Source: an uncultured Candidatus Saccharibacteria bacterium
Lineage (GTDB): Bacteria; Patescibacteriota; Minisyncoccia; Minisyncoccales; Staskawiczbacteraceae
Assembly (NCBI GenBank): GCA_964479955.1
Contig: CAYZNK010000002.1
Span: 71,489-135,488 of the forward strand
Length of the DNA stretch: 64,000 bases
Direction: 5' to 3'
Shown: piece after piece, positions 36,095 to 45,499 of the stretch
How positions within the stretch are numbered: position 1 is the stretch's first letter
Layout of the letters: the number at the start of each line of letters is the position of its first letter
Notes under the pieces: model-generated
What the model was told of the DNA's origin: nothing
Database searches by the model: none
What the model saw: the letters and a program-made list of their open reading frames with translations, nothing else
Made by a program: the position numbers and the translations under genes

Positions 36095-37556
36095 TTTTGA
36101 GAGTTTGATCCTAGCTCAGGGTGAACGCTGGTAACGTGGATACCGGCATGCAAGTCGAGCGGACCGCAAGGTCAGCGGCGAACGGCATAGTAACACGTGG
36201 GTACAAACCCTTTTCTCGGGTATAGCCAGCCGAAAGGTTGGGTAATTCCCGATAGTTCTCGCAAGAGTAAAGTCGCAAGACGGAAAAGGATTGGCCCGCG
36301 GCCTATCAGATTGTTGGCAGGGTAACGGCCTACCAAGTCTATGACGGGTAGGGGGCGTGAGAGCGCGACCCCCATGAATGGCACTGCGACACGGGCCATA
36401 CTCCTACGGGAGGCTGCAGTCGAGAATCTTCCGCAATGGGCGAAAGCCTGACGGAGCGACGTTACGTGAATGAAGAAGCCCTTCGGGGTGTAAAGTTCTT
36501 TTATGTGGGAATAAGTTATTGAAGGTACCACATGAATAAGAGGATCCTAATTCTGTGCCAGCAGGAGCGGTAATACAGAATCCTCAAGCGTTACCCGGAT
36601 TTATTGGGCGTAAAGGGTCCGTAGGTGGTAAAGTAAGTTTTGAGTTAAACCTCATCGGCTTAACCTTTGAGCTATTCAAAATACTGCTTTACTTGAGGGC
36701 GTTATGGGTGAACGGAACCGACGGAGTAGGGGTGAAATCCGTTGATATCGTCGGGAACACCAAAAGCGAAGGCAGTTCACTGGGGCGACCCTGACACTGA
36801 GGGACGAAAGCGTGGGTAGCAAAAAGGATTAGATACCCTTGTAGTCCACGCCGTAAATGATGAATACTAGCTATTGGCAGTGTCGACCCTGCCAGTGGCG
36901 AAGCTAACGCGTTAAGTATTCCGCCTAGGAAGTACGGTGGCAACACTAAAACTCAAAGGAATAGACGGGGACTCACACAAGCGGTGGACCATGTGGCTTA
37001 ATTCGACAACAAACGAAGAACCTTACCAGGTCTAGAAATCTGCATGAAAGCCTTCAGAAACGTTGGCCCTTCACAAGACATGCAGACAGGTGCTGCATGG
37101 TTGTCGTCAGTTCGTGTCTTGAGACGTACCGTTAATTCGGGTAACGAACGCAACCCTTGCCGTGTGTTTTAAATGTCACACGGGACTGCCCGAGATAATT
37201 GGGAGGAAGGCGAGGATGACGCCAAATCAGCATGGCCCTTTGATGACCTGGGCCGCACACGTGGTACAATGGCCGGTACAATGGGTTTCGATGCCGCAAG
37301 GCGGAGATTAATCTCATCAAAACCGGTCTCAGTTCGGATTGAGGGCTGAAACCCGCCCTCATGAAGCTGGAATCGCTAGTAATCGCCAATCAGCTATGTG
37401 GCGATGAATACGTTCCTGAGTCTTGTACTCACCGCCCGTCAAGCCAAGCGAGCTGGGGATAGCCGAAGTGCCCGCAAGGGCCCTAAGCTAGATTCAGTAA
37501 GAGGGGCTAAGTCGTAACAAGGCACGGCTAGCGGAAGCTGGTCGTAGATCATTTTT
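36095..37556 (+). rRNA. rrs: 16S rRNA (stand-alone; no linked tRNA or 23S)
   Basis: Starts near gagagtttgatcctagctcag and ends ...aagtcgtaacaaggcacggctagcggaagctggtcgtagatcattttttt. Flanked by a processing stem (36013-36036 pairs with 37690-37713) and a terminator at about 37762-37790. Confidence 0.9.
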
Positions 37557-37840
37557 TTAAAATTTTGTATAGAAACCTTTTGGTTTATATACAAAATGGA
37601 ATGTAGTCGGCTCAGAGTGATTCGATAAACTCAGTTCGATGAGTATATCGAATTGTTCTGAAGCATTTTAGCAGATTTGCTTGAAAATCGCATTCGAAAC
37701 AACTTTAAGAAACTAATTTTTCCACAGAAAAATTATCCTGAGATTTTCGAAGGGTAAGACATTACTCCGTCAAAAGCGGAGTTTTGTTTTGATTAAGGTT
37801 GTTCTTGAAAATTAGTTGGAAAAGAATTAAGCTATCTTAT

Positions 37841-38284
37841 ATGGTTCAATATTTTACCTGTGAGGGTTTGCAAAAAATTAAAGACGAATTAAAAGACATA
37901 AAAGAAAATCAGGTGAGAGAAACAAAAAAGCTTATTAAAGAAGCGGCGGCTTTTGGCGACTTAAAAGAAAATGCTGCGTACCACGACGCAAGGGATAAGA
38001 TGTCTTTTTTGAAAGGCAGGATTGAACAATTGGAATGTGCAATCAACGAGGCTGTGATAAGAGAGAAAGATGGAAATGATACGGTTCAGATTGGCTCTGA
38101 AATAAAAATTTTATTTGGCAACTCAGAAGAGAATTATACAATTACATCTCCTACAGAGGCTGATGTTTTAAAAAACAAAATTTCTTATCAGTCGCCCTTG
38201 GGTAAAGAGCTCATGGGTAAAAAAGTGGGTGATAAATTTAAATTCAACGGTAAAACAGAAATAAAAATCTTAGAAATAAAATAA
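37841..38284 (+). CDS. greA: transcription elongation factor GreA
   Basis: GDLKENAAYHDARDK motif. ATG at 37841. Confidence 0.85.
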   Translation: MVQYFTCEGLQKIKDELKDIKENQVRETKKLIKEAAAFGDLKENAAYHDARDKMSFLKGRIEQLECAINEAVIREKDGNDTVQIGSEIKILFGNSEENYTITSPTEADVLKNKISYQSPLGKELMGKKVGDKFKFNGKTEIKILEIK

Positions 38285-38400
38285 ATTATAAAAAACAGAC
38301 GATAGATTTGCCTGTTTTTTTAATTATTCACACTTTTACTATTGCATTGTTTCATTTTTTTTATTTTAATTAAAAAATAGTTTTTATTTTTTTAAAAAAA

Positions 38401-39555
38401 ATGCAATATGATTTTATTGTCATTGGAGCTAACGGAGTGCAGGGAAAAATAGTTGCAAAAGACCTTTTACTTAGTGGATACTCTGTCCTTTTAGCTGCGA
38501 CCGATGACTATAATTTAGACTCTTTGATTGATTTGAAAAAATCGGATTTTACAAATCTTAATTTGGAAAACATTACAAAGGCAAAAAGGGTGATAAAAAA
38601 ATCCGGTGCCCCCGTTGTTGTTAATTGCTCAATAGATGATTACAATTTAGTCGTCACAAAGGTTTGCTTGGAGCTTGGGGTCAATTATATTGATTTGGGC
38701 TCTGAAGAAGATATGACATATGAGCAGTTAAAACTAGATAAAGATTTTAAGGAAAAAAGCATAATAGCCATAACGGGGCTTGGTTCAACTCCAGGAATAA
38801 ACAATGTGATGTTAAGGTCAATTAAAGATGAGTTTGACGCGATAGAAACAGTTAAGCTTGGTTTTGCGTGGAGTTCTAATATGGATAAATTTGTTGTTCC
38901 GTTTTCCATAGATGCTATTGCCTGCGAATTTTCAGAGCCTGCCAAGGTTTTTGAAAACGGAAAATATGTAGAAAAAATGCCAGAAGATTGCAAAGAAAAT
39001 TTTGAGTACAGGGGTCTTGAAAAGCAAAGAACTTTGTTTACAAAACATATAGAGCATCATACATTCCGCGATTTTTTACGAGACAAAGGTATTAAAAATA
39101 TTTTTGTTTATTCAAGTTTTCCCGAATTTTCGTATAGGACAATAAAAACCTTGATCGACTTGGGGCTTGTTTCAAAGCAAAAAATAGATTTTCAAGGGAC
39201 TAAAATCAGTCCGCTTGATTTTACTTCAGAAGCTTTAAAAAGAATTCCTTTTCCTGAAAAATATAAAGAAAAAGAAGTTATATGGCTCAATGTTTCAGGC
39301 AAGAAAGACAGCAAAGACAAGGCTATAAAAATGGAAGCTTTGGCTGAAACTTTGCCAGGATGGGAAGATGCAACCTGTAACATTGATACCGGAATGCCCG
39401 CTTCAATAGCAGCCCAGATGATTTTAAAAGGAGAAATTCCAGAAAAGGGAGTTTTTACGCCAGAGTTTGTGATTCCTCCGGAGCCCTTTTTTAAAGAGCT
39501 TAGTAAAAGAAAGATATTTATTTATAAAGACGGAAAAGTAATAAACCAAAACTAA
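38401..39555 (+). CDS. saccharopine-dehydrogenase-like NAD(P)-binding protein
   Basis: FIVIGANGVQGKIV Rossmann start. 384 aa. Confidence 0.5.
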   Translation: MQYDFIVIGANGVQGKIVAKDLLLSGYSVLLAATDDYNLDSLIDLKKSDFTNLNLENITKAKRVIKKSGAPVVVNCSIDDYNLVVTKVCLELGVNYIDLGSEEDMTYEQLKLDKDFKEKSIIAITGLGSTPGINNVMLRSIKDEFDAIETVKLGFAWSSNMDKFVVPFSIDAIACEFSEPAKVFENGKYVEKMPEDCKENFEYRGLEKQRTLFTKHIEHHTFRDFLRDKGIKNIFVYSSFPEFSYRTIKTLIDLGLVSKQKIDFQGTKISPLDFTSEALKRIPFPEKYKEKEVIWLNVSGKKDSKDKAIKMEALAETLPGWEDATCNIDTGMPASIAAQMILKGEIPEKGVFTPEFVIPPEPFFKELSKRKIFIYKDGKVINQN

Positions 39556-39600
39556 CTAAAAACCACCTTAGATCAGGTGGTTTTTTTGTGTTTTAAAATT

Positions 39601-39696
39601 CTGGTGGACCCGGGGAGGAGTTGCCCGAAGGCATTGCTGTCGCCTTCGGCGCCACAATTCGGGGGGATTCTCCCCGCGCCACTAAATAAAATTTAG
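39601..39696 (-). repeat. tRNA-3'-end-associated hairpin element (copy at tRNA-Ala)
   Basis: Minus-strand order: AT palindrome actaaat-aaa-atttagt, inverted copy ggcgcggggagaatc, ccccccgaattg, hairpin gaaggc-gacagcaat-gccttc, then a direct copy ctccccgggtccac plus CA. 39604-39617 is identical to 39696-39709. Confidence 0.7.
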
Positions 39697-39767
39697 TGGA
39701 CCCGGGGAGAATCGAACTCCCAGCTTCTCGTTGCAAACGAGATGTGTTGCCACTATACCACGGGCCC
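39697..39767 (-). tRNA. tRNA-Ala(UGC)
   Basis: Acceptor gggcccg/cgggtcc with the G3:U70 pair, anticodon arm tctcg-ttTGCaa-cgaga, T arm gggag-ttcgatt-ctccc. Confidence 0.8.
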
Positions 39768-39859
39768 TCATATTGATTTTTATTTTATCTTAATTCTCGG
39801 TTTTTTTCAAGTTAATTGATGTTTGTTGTAAAAGATGATAATTTTAAATCAAATCAGAT

Positions 39860-41899
39860 ATGTGGCAGAGCTTTAGAAAAAATCCCAGCAACAATGCGGT
39901 TTTGACAATTGAAGATAATGGTTTTAAAAAATCAGAAACTTTTGTTTTTAAAACGGGCGGATTGATTTGGGCAACGCCGGTAATTGATGAAAAAGAAACA
40001 ATATATGTGGGGTCAGCAGACAAATATTTTTATTCAATTGACAACACGGGAAACTTAAATTGGAAGTACAAAATTACAGATAGTTTGGACTCTTTGATAG
40101 ATTCTGCGGGAGTTATACTGGATGACAAAGTTGTTATTCCCGGAGGAGATGGGTATATCCACGCAGTTAACAGGGAGACAGGAGAGTTGATTTGGAAATT
40201 TAAAGCTTATCACGCAAAAGATTCAGAGCAAGCAAGCGGCGAATTAGTCAATTCTCTTGAAGGAAATATAGCAATAAATAACGGCCTTTTGTATGCGGGT
40301 TCAGACAATGGCTATATGTATTGCTTGGACAAAAACGGCAAAGAAATCTGGAATTTTAAAACAGGGATGATGATTTGGTCTTGCCCCTGTTTTTTTGATG
40401 AAAAAATAGCATTTGGGTCTTTAGACGGATATTTATATTTGCTGGATTCTTCAAACGGGAAACTATTAGATAAGAAAAAAATAGGGGAGATAAAGGCCTC
40501 ACCTGTTTATGACAAAGAAAATAATTTGATATTTGTGGGCACAAGCTCTGGAAAAATGTATTCCTTCAAAATACTTCAGGGAAAATTAAAAAAGAGATGG
40601 GTTTTAAATTTTAAAAAAGAAATTTATTCTTCTGCTGCATATTATCAAAACAATCTTTATTTTGCCGCAGGAAATAGTTTTTATTCTGTGGATTATAACG
40701 GAAAAACTTTGTGGAAGTACAATACATTTTCTAAAGTTTCATCTTCTCCTGTTATTATTGAAGGCCAAGGCGTAATTTTTGGGGCAGAAAACGGAAAACT
40801 TTATGCTTTGAATTTTGAGGGCCAAAGAATTTGGTCTTTCAAAACTTCAGACGGTTTGCATAAGGTAAATTTGGATTCTTCTCCTGCCATAAGCAAAAGT
40901 GGAAACATATATGTTGGCTCTTATAATGGAAATGTTTATAAAATTCCCTATGAATATTGCCTAAAAAATAACGATGAAAAATGCGAGTTTGGCGGCATAT
41001 CTGATGAGCCAATTTATGAAGGCAAAAATTTTAAATTTGAAGACGCAGACTCAAATTTAAAAGACAATTTTGGGGCGGGCCTGTCAGAACCATTAAGAAT
41101 TAAAATGTTTGCCTTTAAAAATGGAAGCTACTTGGAAAATTCTGCTTTGAATTCTGTAAAAATAAGCGTAAGCCCCAATGTAAGCTTTACATATCAAATA
41201 TCTTCTGACGGAAAATACATAGATATTATTCCAAATGATTTTTGGCAAGAAAAAACAGATTACAAAATATCTATAAAAGCAAATTATTATCAAAAAACTA
41301 ATTTTATTTTTGATTTATTTAAGAGTTTCTTTTTGCCCAAAATTGAAGGCACTTTAAGTTTTTCAACAAAAGAAAAAGGATGTGAAAATTTTCAAGAGCA
41401 AAAGTTTTTTATAAAAGACCTTTCTTTGTATCAGCCTTTGGCAATGAATACTTTGGTGGCGGCTGCCCTAGACGGGCAAAAATACATTGCAGAGTTTTCA
41501 TTAAAAGAAGAAAATAAAATTGGAATAATTTTAAACCCGGCATATGAATCTGACGGAAAATTTTTAAAAATGCCCGCCTCATCGGCGGGTGAAAAAATTC
41601 AAAGCAGGCAGATAGTTTTGAGCGGAATTTTAAACGGAAAATATTTTGTTGCAAAGGGAAGCCTTGAATTGTCTGCAATGGGCGGAACAATACCATTTAA
41701 AGATGCAGTATTTTCCGGTAAAATTGAAAACAACAAAATTGAAAACGGAATGTTTTTTACAAAAATAAACTGCCTTAAAATAAAGGGAAACTCAAAAAAT
41801 TACAATTTGCCGTTTAATATAATAAGCGAAATCTGCGGCAGAGACCTTAATATAACAGTTCTGGCGGGTTTTTCAGGAGAAAGCATTGTTGAATTTTAA
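39860..41899 (+). CDS. PQQ-like beta-propeller repeat protein
   Basis: Repeated YVGS.DG.(L/M)Y.(L/I)D...G...W blades. 679 aa. Confidence 0.7.
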   Translation: MWQSFRKNPSNNAVLTIEDNGFKKSETFVFKTGGLIWATPVIDEKETIYVGSADKYFYSIDNTGNLNWKYKITDSLDSLIDSAGVILDDKVVIPGGDGYIHAVNRETGELIWKFKAYHAKDSEQASGELVNSLEGNIAINNGLLYAGSDNGYMYCLDKNGKEIWNFKTGMMIWSCPCFFDEKIAFGSLDGYLYLLDSSNGKLLDKKKIGEIKASPVYDKENNLIFVGTSSGKMYSFKILQGKLKKRWVLNFKKEIYSSAAYYQNNLYFAAGNSFYSVDYNGKTLWKYNTFSKVSSSPVIIEGQGVIFGAENGKLYALNFEGQRIWSFKTSDGLHKVNLDSSPAISKSGNIYVGSYNGNVYKIPYEYCLKNNDEKCEFGGISDEPIYEGKNFKFEDADSNLKDNFGAGLSEPLRIKMFAFKNGSYLENSALNSVKISVSPNVSFTYQISSDGKYIDIIPNDFWQEKTDYKISIKANYYQKTNFIFDLFKSFFLPKIEGTLSFSTKEKGCENFQEQKFFIKDLSLYQPLAMNTLVAAALDGQKYIAEFSLKEENKIGIILNPAYESDGKFLKMPASSAGEKIQSRQIVLSGILNGKYFVAKGSLELSAMGGTIPFKDAVFSGKIENNKIENGMFFTKINCLKIKGNSKNYNLPFNIISEICGRDLNITVLAGFSGESIVEF

Positions 41900-41964
41900 T
41901 AAAAATTGATGATATTTATTGGGTTTATTATTGAAAAGCCGTCCTTAATTGGGCGGTTTTTGCG

Positions 41965-41993
41965 TTGACAAAAAATAGCGCAACGAGTAAAGT
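41965..41993 (+). promoter_or_regulatory. sigma70-type promoter of cassette 42057..43073
   Basis: TTGACA, 17-nt spacer, TAAAGT. Confidence 0.55.
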
Positions 41994-42056
41994 AAAAATG
42001 TGTTCTTTACATATTGCCCTAAATAGCTGGGCGTAATCAAGTTTGGGAGTTTTGCC

Positions 42057-43073
42057 ATGAGTAATGTTGTTTCCACAAAGTCTGTAGAAGAAGCGAAACC
42101 CGTTCACCCGTTGGCTAATTTTATGCCAACATCTTTCCAGTCGTTTGACGATTGGCTTGCAAGGTGGAATAGTGCTACAGTTACGCAGGAAAGATTGGGA
42201 TTGCTTCATTGTATGCAAACTATTGAATATTGGCTTGAGAAAACCGAGCAATCCGTGTTTTTTCTTCTTGACGTAGCTAACGGATGGGAAACAGGAAACC
42301 CTTTTCGTTGTTATCATCGTCATTACAATGCTGATGACATCAATAAGAGTCGCGAAATCATTTCGCGCAAGGCATTTGATGTCTTATGCGTTAAATTGTT
42401 TGCTTCTGGCAAACAAGATTACCCGCCTTTATGGTGGTGGATGTTGGAAAAACAAGAGACTTTTGACAAACTTCTTAACTTTTGCGGCCCCGAAGCTAGG
42501 AATTATTATAAACCGTTTGCAGGAGGGCAGGTGAGCCACCAGGTGGAGGTGTATGGCAGTTTTCTGCAAGAGTTTAGCCGTTTGGGATGGACTTATTCGC
42601 GGCGCTCCAATAGACAAGGCGAGGTTGCAAACGAGGATGAAATTCGGGCGCGCCTTGTTGCTGCCCGACCTCAATTTATAGATATCCTTAGGTATTTGGG
42701 TCAACTTAATTGGCTTAATCGGCCGATGGGTTGTTATGGTGGTGACTTTCCAGAGCTTGATAAACCCTCTATTAGTAAATTGAGGGAAATCGTTTTTGAG
42801 ACAGAATTATTGCTCCCCCCACAGGATTTTCATTCGCCGGCAGAGCATAGCCGTAAGCCGAAGAATTTGCGCGAAGCTATTCTCGGAGCTTCTGTTGCTG
42901 CAGAAGTTCTTGTATTAAATGATATCCGTCTGGCAGAGCGCAATAGAATTAAGGCAGCTTGGAGAAAATCTAGGCGCAAACACGAAAATATGGAACGTAT
43001 AAGCCGCCTGGAAAAAATTGAAAAAGCAAAAAGGACTTTGGATGAGGAGGCCGCGCGGCTTACCGGCCAATAG
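42057..43073 (+). CDS. orphan hypothetical protein (GC-richer cassette)
   Basis: 338-aa ORF with tgggag 7 nt before the ATG. Trp-rich with a basic coiled-coil tail. Terminator cctccgc...gcggagg plus T7. No family recognised. Confidence 0.7.
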   Translation: MSNVVSTKSVEEAKPVHPLANFMPTSFQSFDDWLARWNSATVTQERLGLLHCMQTIEYWLEKTEQSVFFLLDVANGWETGNPFRCYHRHYNADDINKSREIISRKAFDVLCVKLFASGKQDYPPLWWWMLEKQETFDKLLNFCGPEARNYYKPFAGGQVSHQVEVYGSFLQEFSRLGWTYSRRSNRQGEVANEDEIRARLVAARPQFIDILRYLGQLNWLNRPMGCYGGDFPELDKPSISKLREIVFETELLLPPQDFHSPAEHSRKPKNLREAILGASVAAEVLVLNDIRLAERNRIKAAWRKSRRKHENMERISRLEKIEKAKRTLDEEAARLTGQ

Positions 43074-43120
43074 GGATTTTAGTTTGAGTCCCAATCCTCC
43101 GCTGATACATTAAGCGGAGG

Positions 43121-43187
43121 TTTTTTTATTGCAATTTTATAAAATAAAAGTTAAATTAAATAAATTGAAATATGAGCTTATCAATTC
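43121..43187 (+). repeat. duplicated copy of the ychF promoter and first 5 codons (decayed copy)
   Basis: About 65 nt with 4 mismatches to 43669-43733. It reads ATGAGCTTATCAATT and then diverges to a stop. Confidence 0.8.
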
Positions 43188-43370
43188 AGCTTTGTGATTA
43201 AAATCCTACCGCGGAGATATGAAAAAATTATAACAAGTCGAGACGAATAGGAAAGAATCGTTCATTTAATATTGGTTTGATAGGGTGATGCTTGGTTGAC
43301 ATTAGCGATTTCAAGTGATAAAGTTTTAATTGGCTCTTCTTAACTCTAAACAAGAAAGGAAAGGTGAGTC

Positions 43371-43610
43371 ATGGCAAATAAAATGCCAACAGTTTATCAA
43401 CTTATACCGCCACTCGCGGTAAGAATGACCCAAGAAGTTCACATCGGAATGGGCCCTGAAGGATTTTCCCTCAAAAAGCACGAACGAGGAATTGCTTCTG
43501 GTACTCTCGGATTTTGCACAATCGAAGGGAGACCCAGATTGGGATTCCAGGTCACTTTCGCGGGTTTGGACTTTGTTCTTCCACAAGAGTTCATAGAGCT
43601 CGTTCCGTAA
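43371..43610 (+). CDS. orphan small protein (GC-richer cassette)
   Basis: 79 aa with aggaaaggtgag just before the ATG. Promoter TTGACA-17-TAAAGT at 43296-43324. Terminator ggggtggctgaacagtcaccc plus T-run. Confidence 0.6.
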   Translation: MANKMPTVYQLIPPLAVRMTQEVHIGMGPEGFSLKKHERGIASGTLGFCTIEGRPRLGFQVTFAGLDFVLPQEFIELVP

Positions 43611-43668
43611 TAAAGTGAATCTCAATCCTTCCATGGTTTGTGCCTATGGGGTGGCTGAACAGTCACCC

Positions 43669-43733
43669 TTTTTTATTGCAATTTTGTGAAATAAAAGTTA
43701 AATTAAATGAATTGAAATATGAGTTTATCAATT
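43669..43733 (+). repeat. native copy of the duplicated ychF 5' region
   Basis: See 43121-43187. Confidence 0.8.
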
Positions 43734-44789
43734 GGGATTGTGGGGTTGCCGAATGTGGGCAAGTCTACTTTATTCAAAACTCTAACTAAAAAGGAAGTTG
43801 ATATCGCAAACTATCCTTTTTGTACCATTGACCCTAATGTTGGGGTTGTTTTGGTTCCTGACCAGAGGGTTGATAAGTTAGCTGAAATATCAAAATCAAA
43901 AAAGAAAATTTATGCAACAGTGGACTTTGTGGATATTGCGGGCCTTGTAAAAGGAGCTTCGCAAGGAGAGGGTTTGGGAAACAAATTTTTGTCGCATATC
44001 CGCGAAGTGGATGCTGTGCTTTACGTTTTGCGGGCATTTAAAAATTCAGATATTATAAATACCCAACAGGATATTGACCCCTTAAGAGATAAAGAAATTT
44101 TGGATGTGGAGCTTATTTTAAAAGATTTGGAAACAATAAATAAAAGAATTGACGGATTAGAAGGTGATGTAAGAGCAGGAAAAAAAGATGCGATTAAGGA
44201 AATGGCTATTTTGCAAAAAGCAAAAGAATTTTTAACTCAGGAAAAATTATTGTGCGACATTAATTTTTTAGATGAAGAAAAAGAAATTTTAAATAGTTTT
44301 CAGCTTTTGACCTTAAAGCCAAGATTGTATTTGTTGAACGGAAAAGAGGAAGAAATAGAAGAGAGCGTAATGCAGTCCTTCGCCTCGGGCTTGGGACAAA
44401 AAAATTCCGTTTTTTTGGACGTGCAATCTGAATACGAGAGCGAAGGATTATCGCCAGAAGAAAGAGTTGAACTGGGATTGCCCGGATTGTCTGAAACAGA
44501 TGTTTTGGTAAAAAAATCTTATGAGCTTTTAAGTCTTATAACTTTTTTGACAACAGGAGAAGATGAAACACGAGCATGGACAATAAAGAGAGGGGATATG
44601 GCCCCTGTTGCGGGAGCTGCAATTCATAGCGATTTTCAGGAAAAATTTGTAAAAGCAGAAGTTGTTTTTTGGGAAGATTTAATTAAGAGCGGAGGGTACG
44701 CCAAAGCCCGCGAAAAAGGACTTATTCGCACAGAGGGAAAAGAATATGTTGTGCAAGATGGCGATGTCATCGAGTTTAAGCATGGTTAA
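43719..44789 (+). CDS. ychF: redox-regulated ATPase YchF
   Basis: [12 protein letters not shown] and [10 protein letters not shown] motifs with a C-terminal TGS-like end. Confidence 0.9.
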   Translation: MSLSIGIVGLPNVGKSTLFKTLTKKEVDIANYPFCTIDPNVGVVLVPDQRVDKLAEISKSKKKIYATVDFVDIAGLVKGASQGEGLGNKFLSHIREVDAVLYVLRAFKNSDIINTQQDIDPLRDKEILDVELILKDLETINKRIDGLEGDVRAGKKDAIKEMAILQKAKEFLTQEKLLCDINFLDEEKEILNSFQLLTLKPRLYLLNGKEEEIEESVMQSFASGLGQKNSVFLDVQSEYESEGLSPEERVELGLPGLSETDVLVKKSYELLSLITFLTTGEDETRAWTIKRGDMAPVAGAAIHSDFQEKFVKAEVVFWEDLIKSGGYAKAREKGLIRTEGKEYVVQDGDVIEFKHG

Positions 44790-44932
44790 AATATATTAAA
44801 ATATATAAAGATTCAATCATACTGAGGAGCGTTAGCGACGAATGGGTTATTGAATTTAGACACGGATAACATCAACGAATAACGAATTCCGCCTGCGGCG
44901 GATTACGAATATACGAATTCATAAAAGCGAAA

Positions 44933-45235
44933 ATGGAATTTACTATCAATAATATAGAAGAAAATGTTGTAGTTGTTGCCAGGAGAATTGGTTATTTGAT
45001 TATTGATACAAAAGAAAATGGGGAATATAATTTAGTTAGGAGATTAACGCAGGGAAATTATCCAAGGTTTCATATTTACGCAAAAGTTCAGGGAGATAAA
45101 TATATTTTTAGTTTGCACTTAGACCAAAAAGCTCCCATATATAAAGGGAGTCATGCGCACAGCGGAGAATATGCCGGGCCTGTTGTGGACGCTGAAGCAG
45201 ATAGAATTTGCGAAGTGTTAGGAAAATCAGAATAA
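44933..45235 (+). CDS. hypothetical protein
   Basis: 100-aa ORF with AT-rich backbone composition. No family recognised. Confidence 0.55.
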   Translation: MEFTINNIEENVVVVARRIGYLIIDTKENGEYNLVRRLTQGNYPRFHIYAKVQGDKYIFSLHLDQKAPIYKGSHAHSGEYAGPVVDAEADRICEVLGKSE

Positions 45236-45370
45236 AACCCTATCACCAATTTCAGCCAAGTTAAAAGGTAAGATATACTTTGAAGGCGAAGTGCCTTCGG
45301 CTGTTAATTTTGTAATATAAAGTCAGCGGTGAAATTGGTGAGGGGTTATTGCGACGGTAAGGTATAAATC
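45236..45370. repeat. hairpin-core element, copy A
   Basis: About 80% identical by eye to 57591-57732. Terminal inverted repeat is aaccctatcaccaatttc / gaaattggtgaggggtt, and the inner hairpin is gaagg-cgaagtg-ccttc. Confidence 0.75.
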
Positions 45371-45499
45371 CTTCGACTTCGCTCAGGCCTTCGGCTCTGA
45401 TAGTCTCGGACTCGAAGAGATATTTTCTGCGGAAAATAAAAGCCCTGCAAACCGTAGAAGAGCAGTGAGCAGGGCATAAAGAAGGATGAATCCGACGGA

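Noticed and set aside
36172-37389. Track ORFs of 79-119 aa inside the 16S rRNA gene on both strands.
   Set aside because: They overlap a well-supported rRNA. GC-rich structural RNA produces chance ORFs.
45236-45370. Integron attC site interpretation of elements A and B.
   Set aside because: Only the size, the hairpin character and the outermost AAC...GTT fit. The R'/R'' consensus is not met, the cassettes carry their own promoters and are not arrayed, and no intI gene is in the window. It is kept only as an analogy.
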